The position numbers and the translations under genes are program-made. The notes beneath the pieces were generated by a model. That model had not been told where the DNA came from and ran no database searches. It saw only the letters and a program-made list of their open reading frames with translations. 64,000 nt of DNA from a candidate division WOR-3 bacterium (GTDB taxonomy: Bacteria > Hydrothermota > Tepidihabitantia > Tepidihabitantales > Tepidihabitantaceae): the NCBI GenBank assembly GCA_965649295.1, contig CBFGKH010000004.1:1-64000 (forward strand). Reading direction: 5' to 3'. Positions 56,809 through 64,000 of this stretch are shown here, piece after piece. Every line of letters begins with the position of its first letter. Position 1 is the first letter of the stretch.

Positions 56809-58545
56809 GTGCATCGTTCCCTTACAGTAGCCGCATTGCTCTTTGGTCTGACGCAGGCTAATATCATCGTCAACCCGGGTTTTGAAGACTGGGCGAACGA
56901 TTCGACTCCGGCTGGTTGGCGCATCGAGTCCCGCTCGCGTACACGAGTGACCTGTGAGCGTGACAGCGTTAGAACCGGTGCCGCTGCCTGCCGTCTGACA
57001 CGAATGGTGAGTGGCACCGGCAACAATAGCGGGCTGTTACAGCAAGTTGCGGTTGCTCCCAATACCCGTTACTATTTCGGATTCTGGTGTCAAGACAACT
57101 CGCCACTCATTGCCGCTGGCATGATGGTGACCTGGCGTCGACAGGACTCAAGCTATCTTCGCTCGACCAGCATCAAATACTCAGCCGATGCACCGGGTTG
57201 GCAACTAGTCCGCGACTCGGCTGTGGCCCCGGAGAGCGCGGCACTAGCTGATGTTATCATCCGCACCTACGGTACTAACGGAGCGCCTGCCGGTACGAGC
57301 TTAGTCTGCGACGATGCCTCATTTGCCAGTACACAGCCCCAGCTTGAAAGTATCCGAGTCTGGTTCGTCCAGGATAGCCTAGCGCAACGACTGATTGCCT
57401 TCTTCGACTCCGCCACCGCTTCCATCGACTACTGCTGCTACAACTCCTCGCGTCCAGACGTCACGCTAGCACTGATTCGTGCCCACAATCGCGGTGTGCG
57501 CGTTCGCGTCATCACCGACAACACTCGACTAACCAATCAGTGGGTGAGCTACCTGCGGGGATCTGGTATCACAGTCTGGTCCGACTCAGGCAGTACTGGC
57601 TCAGGCAACTACATGCACAACAAATTCGCGATTCGCGACCTCGCCGACAACGACACAACTAACGACCGAGTCTGGAACGCAAGCTACAATCCGAATGATG
57701 GTGAGACCAATGCCGACTATGGCATGGAACTGCCCTCATCTGCCCTGGCTCAGGCCTATCGCCTTGAGTTCAATCAGATGTGGGGTGACACCGGCATGAC
57801 GCCGAACCCAAGCCGAGCCCGGTTTCACAGCGCCAAAACCGATCTCCTGCCAACTCATCAATTCACAGTCTGCGGCGCACCTACCTACCTCTACTTCTCT
57901 CCCCAGAACCGTGTGGTGGATACAATCGAGGCATTTGCCCTGCGGGCTGGCCGCGAGATTGGCTTTGCAGTCAATGCCTTCACCTACAACGACCTTGGCA
58001 TTGCCCTCCTTTCGCGCCACAGCAGCGGTTGCCGTGTCTTCGGCACTTTCGACCGAGCCAACGTTGGCGACTCAGCGTCTGAATATCACCGGCTGCGTCA
58101 ATATGGCGTACCAGTCCTAATCGACTCGGTTCCATTTGGTACTGGCACACTGCACGAGAAAATCATGGTGATTGACTCAGAATATGTAGTATGCGGCTCG
58201 GCTAACTGGTCCAACAACGCCAACTACTCCAACGACGAGAATACCCTTATTATCAGGTCGCCAAACCTCGCCCGTCTCTTCATGGCCGAGATTATCCGAC
58301 GCTACCTGGAAGCCGGCGGCACTTACCCGCCAGGAATCCTCGAACAGGAAGTCTGGCCCTGCCCGACACCATGGTCGCAACGACGACAGACTATTCTACG
58401 GCTGGCAGACATTGTCACTCAACCTACCGACCTCTGCTTCTACGATGTGACTGGGCGCCAAATCGACCGGACTCTCGTCAGACCTGGTATCCACTTTGTC
58501 CGAAGACCCAAGACTCAACTGAAAGCACTGATAATCGCCAATTGA
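56809..58545 (+). CDS. Secreted phospholipase D-like nuclease/lipase with N-terminal CBM-like domain
   Basis: Signal peptide, NPGFEDW, two HKD motifs (HNKFAIRD, HEKIMVID..GSANWS), degenerate CTD (YDVTGR..PGIHF). Confidence 0.85.
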   Translation: MHRSLTVAALLFGLTQANIIVNPGFEDWANDSTPAGWRIESRSRTRVTCERDSVRTGAAACRLTRMVSGTGNNSGLLQQVAVAPNTRYYFGFWCQDNSPLIAAGMMVTWRRQDSSYLRSTSIKYSADAPGWQLVRDSAVAPESAALADVIIRTYGTNGAPAGTSLVCDDASFASTQPQLESIRVWFVQDSLAQRLIAFFDSATASIDYCCYNSSRPDVTLALIRAHNRGVRVRVITDNTRLTNQWVSYLRGSGITVWSDSGSTGSGNYMHNKFAIRDLADNDTTNDRVWNASYNPNDGETNADYGMELPSSALAQAYRLEFNQMWGDTGMTPNPSRARFHSAKTDLLPTHQFTVCGAPTYLYFSPQNRVVDTIEAFALRAGREIGFAVNAFTYNDLGIALLSRHSSGCRVFGTFDRANVGDSASEYHRLRQYGVPVLIDSVPFGTGTLHEKIMVIDSEYVVCGSANWSNNANYSNDENTLIIRSPNLARLFMAEIIRRYLEAGGTYPPGILEQEVWPCPTPWSQRRQTILRLADIVTQPTDLCFYDVTGRQIDRTLVRPGIHFVRRPKTQLKALIIAN

Positions 58546-58595
58546 AAACCCCTCGTCGTTTGACTTCAGTAACCCCAAAGCTAGACTCAGGGTTA

Positions 58596-59684
58596 ATGTG
58601 GATTCTGGCCATCAATCCAGGCGGCGGGTCCACTAAGGTTGCGGTCTTTCACGGTCCCAAATCGGTCCTTTCTGAAACCATCGAACATCCGCCTGCCCAG
58701 TTGGTGCGGTTCGGCCATATCCTCGATCAGTATAGTCTGCGCAAAGATGCGGTACTTGCCGTTCTTGCCCGTCACCACTTCGACATCAGCCGCATCGAGG
58801 CAATCGCTACCCGCGGTGGCCCGCTACTACCACTGCCGGGCGGCGTTTATCGGGTCACCGAACGACTCGTGGCTGACATTCACCGCGGTGCCTATCAGAC
58901 TTTGCACCCTTCCTTGCTCGGCCCGCTCGTCGCTTGGGAGCTCTCCCAGGAACTAGGCGTGCCTGCCTGGTTCGTTGACCCAGAATCTACTGACGAGTTC
59001 TCGCCAGTTGCTAGAGTGTCGGGGCTCAAAGGGATCGAACGGATTGCTCTCTCCCATGCCCTAAGCTGTCGTACCGTCGCTCAAGCCGCTGCCCGACGTC
59101 TTGGACGGCCTTATTCACGCTGCAACCTCGTAGTCGCCCATCTCGGCACTGGCATCACCGTTGCCGCTCACGTTCGCGGCCGCCAAGTTGATGCCTCCAA
59201 TGCTAACGATGAAGGCCCATTCTCACCGCAGCGAACCGGCTCACTACCGCTCAGCGCTCTGATACGGCTCTGTTTCTCCGGTCGCTATACCGAGAAACAG
59301 GTCCTCGATATCTGCCAGCGCCAGGGTGGACTCTACTCGTATTTCGGGACTGACGACATCCGACAGATCGAGTCGGCTGCCACCCACGGCAACAAGCAGG
59401 CCAATCTGCTACTACAGGCGCTTGTCTATCAAATTGCGAAAGAGATTGGTGCCTATGCCGCGGTCTGTGCCGGCAAGGTTGACGCGCTAGTCATAACCGG
59501 TGGCCTGGCCAAGTCCAAGCGAATTGTCCGCCTGTTACGCGCCCAGGCCGGTTGGGTTGCCAAACGGGTCTTCGTCTTCCCAGGCGAAGAAGAGATGGCC
59601 GCGTTAGCCAACCGGCTGCTGCTCGTATTAACCAAAAAGGAACAGGAACGCAATTATGACGCAGAAGTTGCTCTCCGGCGATGA
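58596..59684 (+). CDS. buk: Butyrate (branched-chain carboxylate) kinase
   Basis: ILAINPGGGSTK, RGG, VDP, HAL, VAHLGTGI, EGPFSPQRTG, TGGLA, PGEEEM.ALA. Confidence 0.9.
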   Translation: MWILAINPGGGSTKVAVFHGPKSVLSETIEHPPAQLVRFGHILDQYSLRKDAVLAVLARHHFDISRIEAIATRGGPLLPLPGGVYRVTERLVADIHRGAYQTLHPSLLGPLVAWELSQELGVPAWFVDPESTDEFSPVARVSGLKGIERIALSHALSCRTVAQAAARRLGRPYSRCNLVVAHLGTGITVAAHVRGRQVDASNANDEGPFSPQRTGSLPLSALIRLCFSGRYTEKQVLDICQRQGGLYSYFGTDDIRQIESAATHGNKQANLLLQALVYQIAKEIGAYAAVCAGKVDALVITGGLAKSKRIVRLLRAQAGWVAKRVFVFPGEEEMAALANRLLLVLTKKEQERNYDAEVALRR

Positions 59685-61374
59685 AGCTGTCGCTCGTGGT
59701 GCCTGGGAAGCAGGCTGTCACGTTGCTGCCGCCTACCCTGGCACACCCTCAACCGAAATCCTCGAAGCGCTCGCCGGTTTCAAAGATGTTTACTGCGAAT
59801 GGTCGGTGAACGAAAAAGTCGCTCTCGAAGTCGCACTTGGCGCCTCGATTGCTGGCGCCCGTGCTCTTTGCGCCATGAAACACGTGGGCCTGAATGTCGC
59901 GGCTGACCCACTTTTCTCAGCCGCTTACATTGGTGCTCGCGGCGGATTAGTCGTTGTCTCGGCCGATGACCCTGGCCTCCACTCGTCCCAGAATGAACAG
60001 GACAATCGCTACTACGGTCAGAGCGCCAAGCTACCAGTGCTCTGTCCGTCCGACAGCCGTGAGTGCCGTGAGTTCACCCGCCGGGCGTTTGCCATCTCCG
60101 AGGAATTCGACATTCCGGTGCTACTACGCCTAACCACCCGCGTGGCGCACTCAAGTGGCGTCGTCGAAGTCGGTGACCGTGAGTCACGACCGGTCAAAGG
60201 CTACGAAAGGGAGATAACAAAGAACATGATCCTACCGGCCTTTGCGCGGGTCCGTCACATTGACCTCGAGAACCGACTCGACCGCCTCAAGGCCTGGAAC
60301 AATACTAGTGAGCTCAACCGCATCGAAACTGGATCGACTGAACTCGGCGTCATCAGTGACGGTGTGGCTTACCAGTATGCTCGCGAGGTTTTCCCCGAAG
60401 CAAGCTTCCTCAAAATTGGCATGGTCTGGCCATTTCCCGACGAACTGGTCCGTGATTTCTGCCACGGGCTGAAGAAAGTTCTGGTTGTTGAAGAAGTTGA
60501 CCCCTTCATCGAAACTCAGGTCCGCGCTCTCGGCATTAGCTGCATAGGCAAAGACCGACTCCCTCGCACCAATGAACTCAGCCCCCGTGTCATCCGCGTC
60601 GCTATGTCACAGCCAGTGCCAACTATTAAGCCCGAGCCCGACCTACCGCAGCGACCACCAGCTCTCTGCCCCGGCTGTCCCCATACCGGTATCTTTTTTG
60701 CCCTGCAAAAGCAACCAGTTATCATCGGTGGCGACATCGGATGCTACACCCTCGGTGCCCTCCCGCCGCACAACGCCATGGACACCTGCGTTGACATGGG
60801 GGCCTCAATCACCATTGCTCACGGCATTGACAAAGCTCTCGGTGAACAAGACAAACGCATCCGCGTCGCCTTCATCGGTGATTCGACATTCTTCCACTCC
60901 GGCATCACTGGTCTCATCAACACTGCCTATAATCAGGCCAACGTCATTACGATAATCAGCGATAATCGCACAACCGGCATGACCGGCCACCAACCCCACC
61001 CCGGCACCGGCCAGACATTGATGGGCCAACCAGCACCAGCAATCGATCCAGCCGAGATTAGTCGTGCTTGCGGAATCAAGAATGTTGTCATTGTTGACCC
61101 CTACCGAGTTAGTGAAACCCGCAAACAGGTCCGGGCCTTGCTCAAACAAGGCGGTCCGGCTGTAATCATCTCTCGCCGCGCCTGTGCCCTGCATATCAAA
61201 CTACGCAATCCGCCGAAACAAGTCGACAAAGAGAAATGCGTCGGCTGCAAGACCTGCATCGGTCTAGGCTGTCCGGCCCTATCGTTCCGAGATGGCAAGT
61301 CCCACATCACCGCTACGGTCTGCGTCGGCTGCGGTATGTGCGTCGATGTCTGCCCCAAGGAGGCAATCGCATGA
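59656..61374 (+). CDS. iorA: Indolepyruvate:ferredoxin oxidoreductase alpha subunit
   Basis: YPGTPSTE, NEKVALE, MKHVGLNVAAD, SSQNEQD, LCPGCPH, GDSTFFHSG, C-terminal 2x4Fe-4S. Confidence 0.95.
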   Translation: MTQKLLSGDEAVARGAWEAGCHVAAAYPGTPSTEILEALAGFKDVYCEWSVNEKVALEVALGASIAGARALCAMKHVGLNVAADPLFSAAYIGARGGLVVVSADDPGLHSSQNEQDNRYYGQSAKLPVLCPSDSRECREFTRRAFAISEEFDIPVLLRLTTRVAHSSGVVEVGDRESRPVKGYEREITKNMILPAFARVRHIDLENRLDRLKAWNNTSELNRIETGSTELGVISDGVAYQYAREVFPEASFLKIGMVWPFPDELVRDFCHGLKKVLVVEEVDPFIETQVRALGISCIGKDRLPRTNELSPRVIRVAMSQPVPTIKPEPDLPQRPPALCPGCPHTGIFFALQKQPVIIGGDIGCYTLGALPPHNAMDTCVDMGASITIAHGIDKALGEQDKRIRVAFIGDSTFFHSGITGLINTAYNQANVITIISDNRTTGMTGHQPHPGTGQTLMGQPAPAIDPAEISRACGIKNVVIVDPYRVSETRKQVRALLKQGGPAVIISRRACALHIKLRNPPKQVDKEKCVGCKTCIGLGCPALSFRDGKSHITATVCVGCGMCVDVCPKEAIA

Positions 61375-61952
61375 ACATACTGATTGCTGGAGTTGGCGGC
61401 CAGGGAGTGCTTCTCTTCTCTGATATACTCGCCAATCTCGCGCTCGCTTCTGGTCTCGATGTCAAGAAAAGCGAAGTCCACGGCATGGCCCAACGTGGCG
61501 GCAGCGTCGTCAGCCACGTCCGTTACGCACCGCGTGTCTATTCGCCGCTCATTGAAGAAGGTACCGCCGACCTCCTCGTTGCTTTCGAGGCACTGGAAGC
61601 TGTTCGCTACCTGCACTGGCTTGCTCCCAACGGCAGATTGGTCTATGATCCCCACCGCATCGATCCCTTGCCGGTGTCTATCGGCCTGATTGCAAGACCT
61701 GACGACAAGTCCCTAGCTGAACGCATTCAGGAACGAGTAAGACAAAGCGTGGCCGTGCCTGCGTTCGCCCGGGCAATCGAACTAGGCAATGCCCGAGTCC
61801 AGAACGTTGTGATGCTTGGCGCTGTCTCGCGTTTCCTCGAGTTTCATCCTGACACTTACCGTGCAGCAATCCGTAACACAGTCAAACCGACGGCAGTCGA
61901 ACTGAACCTGACCGCGTTCAATGCCGGCCGCGAGCTAGTGGCGCAAATGTAG
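61371..61952 (+). CDS. iorB: Indolepyruvate:ferredoxin oxidoreductase beta subunit
   Basis: GVGGQG, SEVHGMAQRGGSV, NVVMLGA, N..AF..G. Confidence 0.93.
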   Translation: MNILIAGVGGQGVLLFSDILANLALASGLDVKKSEVHGMAQRGGSVVSHVRYAPRVYSPLIEEGTADLLVAFEALEAVRYLHWLAPNGRLVYDPHRIDPLPVSIGLIARPDDKSLAERIQERVRQSVAVPAFARAIELGNARVQNVVMLGAVSRFLEFHPDTYRAAIRNTVKPTAVELNLTAFNAGRELVAQM

Positions 61953-62189
61953 TCGGCGGGACAGAAATCCGTTGGGCGAGTCGGGGTTCAAACGACAGGT
62001 CGGCCACGCGTAACCAGCCTGACCAGTCGACCAGAGGCACTCTTGACTCACGCTTGAGTCTGGCTATTCTTCTCCTGTCCACAACTAACAGTCGAGTGAC
62101 CAGCCCGAGTCTTGACCGGCTCGGCTCAGGACCACCGACCCAGGCAATACCATCTGCTACGCAGGACGCAAAGAAATCAGGAGGTTATC

Positions 62190-63200
62190 TTGGCAGCAAG
62201 ACTGGCAATCAATGGTTTCGGCCGCATCGGCCGACTCGTCGCAAGACTGGTCGCCAAACATTCGGAGCTTCAGCTCGTGGCCATCAACGACATTACCGAT
62301 GCAGCAACGCTCGGCCACCTGCTGGAGTTCGATTCGGTCCACCGTCGGTTCAATGACGTCAAGGTTGAACCCAATGCACTTGTTATTGCCGGCCGCAAGG
62401 CGATCGTCACCGCCAGCAAAGAACCGACGGGTCTACCCTGGAAAGAGCTTGGCGTCGACATCGTCATCGAGTCAACCGGTCTGTTCACAAGCTACGAAAA
62501 GGCTTCGGCTCATCTAACTGCTGGCGCCAAGAAGGTCATTATCTCAGCTCCACCCAAGAGTAGTGAGAAGCCAGTCAAGTCGCTAGTGATGGGTGTCAAT
62601 CACGAGACCTACAACCCAGCCGAAGACCATGTCATCTCTAACGCCTCTTGCACAACAAACTGCATCGTACCAATTGCCAAGGTTCTCCATGACAACTTCC
62701 AAATTCGACAGGGCTACATGACCACAGTCCACGCCTACACCAACGATCAACGCATTCTTGACCTGCCGCACAAAGACCTCCGCCGCGCCCGAGCTGCCGC
62801 ATTATCAATGATTCCTACCTCCACTGGTGCTGCCAAGCTCATTGGTGTCGTCTTCCCCGAGCTAAGCGGCAAGATAGACGGCGTCGCAATTCGCGTGCCC
62901 ACTGCTGATGTCTCAATTGTGGATTTCGCTTGCGTAGTCGAAAAACCGACCAAGGTTGAAGAAGTCAACACCGCGTTCGCGGCAGCTGCCGCTGGCCCAC
63001 TCAAAGGCATCATCGAATACGAATCCCGGCCGTTGGTTTCCATTGACATGACTGGCAATCCGCATTCGGCGATTGTCGATGCCGGCCTGACCGCGGTTGT
63101 TGACAACAGGCTGGTCAAGGTCTTTGCCTGGTACGATAACGAATTCGGATATGCCAACCGACTTGTTGACCTATCGGCGTACGTCGCTGCCCGACTGTAA
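62190..63200 (+). CDS. gap: Type I glyceraldehyde-3-phosphate dehydrogenase
   Basis: AINGFGRIGR, SNASCTTNC, PTSTGAA, WYDNE; AGGAGG SD before TTG 62190. Confidence 0.97.
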   Translation: MAARLAINGFGRIGRLVARLVAKHSELQLVAINDITDAATLGHLLEFDSVHRRFNDVKVEPNALVIAGRKAIVTASKEPTGLPWKELGVDIVIESTGLFTSYEKASAHLTAGAKKVIISAPPKSSEKPVKSLVMGVNHETYNPAEDHVISNASCTTNCIVPIAKVLHDNFQIRQGYMTTVHAYTNDQRILDLPHKDLRRARAAALSMIPTSTGAAKLIGVVFPELSGKIDGVAIRVPTADVSIVDFACVVEKPTKVEEVNTAFAAAAAGPLKGIIEYESRPLVSIDMTGNPHSAIVDAGLTAVVDNRLVKVFAWYDNEFGYANRLVDLSAYVAARL

Positions 63201-63203
63201 GTG

Positions 63204-64000
63204 ATGAACAAACTATCGGTTCGTGACATTACGGTAACCGGTAAACGTGTCCTGGTTCGTGTTGACTTCAATGTCCCACTGCAACCCGATGGTTCCATTC
63301 GTTCTGATGCCCGCATTCGTGCAGCCCTACCAACGATCCGGTTTCTCCTCGAACGCAAAGCAACAGTAATACTAATCTCTCATCTGGGCAAGGCTAAGGG
63401 GCAACCCGACCCTGCTTTCAGCCTGCGTCCCGTCGCTATCAGACTGCAAGAATTGCTCGGCGAGCCGGTACGATTCCTGTCCGAGCCAATCGGACCTGAA
63501 GTAAGAGCAGCGATTGCCAAGTCACCCCCAAGTTCGATTCTGCTGCTGGAAAACCTGCGGTTCTACCCAGGCGAAACTGCCAATGACCCTGACTTCTCTC
63601 GGCAACTCGCTGAACTCGGAGAAATCTACGTTAACGACGCATTCGGCGTTGCCCACCGCGCCCACGCCTCGACCACCGGCGTCGCTCGATTATTCGCTCA
63701 GCCCTGCGCTGGTCTACTGCTAGAGAAGGAAATCGACTTCCTGAGCCGAGTTACCGAATCACCGCGAAAGCCCTATGTGGCAGTCATCGGCGGTGCCAAG
63801 GTCTCAGATAAGGCTGGCGTTATCGCCAACCTTCTGCCCAAAGTAGACCGGATGCTGATCGGCGGCGGCGCGGCTTTTAGCTTCTTCCGAGCCTGGGGAC
63901 TGGCCATTGGCAAGTCTATCTGGGAGCCGGAACTCGAAGCCACGGTGCGCCCGCTTGCCACCAACCCCAAGCTGTTGCTGCCGACCGATATCGTCGCCGC
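63204..64000 (+). CDS. pgk: Phosphoglycerate kinase (partial, runs off the window)
   Basis: Translation gives VLVRVDFNVP, SHLG, LLENLRF, VNDAFG.AHRAHAS, GGAKVSDK. Confidence 0.95.
   Translation, partial: MNKLSVRDITVTGKRVLVRVDFNVPLQPDGSIRSDARIRAALPTIRFLLERKATVILISHLGKAKGQPDPAFSLRPVAIRLQELLGEPVRFLSEPIGPEVRAAIAKSPPSSILLLENLRFYPGETANDPDFSRQLAELGEIYVNDAFGVAHRAHASTTGVARLFAQPCAGLLLEKEIDFLSRVTESPRKPYVAVIGGAKVSDKAGVIANLLPKVDRMLIGGGAAFSFFRAWGLAIGKSIWEPELEATVRPLATNPKLLLPTDIVA

Noticed and set aside
62747..63358. 203-aa antisense ORF over gap/pgk and the many similar antisense or shifted ORFs
   Set aside because: Shadow ORFs expected in GC-rich coding DNA; no motifs or start signals

Overview
GC-rich bacterial chromosomal segment, most likely from an anaerobic, peptide/amino-acid-fermenting FCB-associated candidate phylum such as WOR-3. 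This is inferred from a SprA-like translocon, several secreted proteins with T9SS-like C-terminal sorting domains, IorAB, butyrate kinase and a DUF6754-like membrane cluster. Most of the window is housekeeping and metabolism: purF, etfA plus Fe-S/flavoprotein genes, PBP1A, ade-hpt-tRNA-Pro, pcm, degP, folD-ispA-dxs-sprA, holB-envC-ftsXE, sugar-nucleotide genes, dinG, buk-iorAB and gap-pgk. No integrase, transposase, prophage or CRISPR array was recognised. The standout observations are: (1) a stand-alone 123-aa ORF (8089-8460) that aligns colinearly with the A-form-DNA-binding major capsid protein of archaeal rudiviruses (SIRV2 fold), with no viral context, preceded by a non-coding tract with strong 12-bp periodicity (the SIRV2 capsid dimer footprint) and followed by a PIN-domain gene; weaker tracts of the same type occur in other long intergenic gaps; (2) a secreted repeat protein interrupted by an in-frame UGA in a Cys-UGA context, with the UGA in a hairpin loop and a SECIS-like hairpin downstream; (3) an uncharacterised five-gene DUF6754-like membrane complex coupled to a secreted protease; (4) pervasive apparently leaderless genes. 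All homology calls are by eye or from recall and were not searched.
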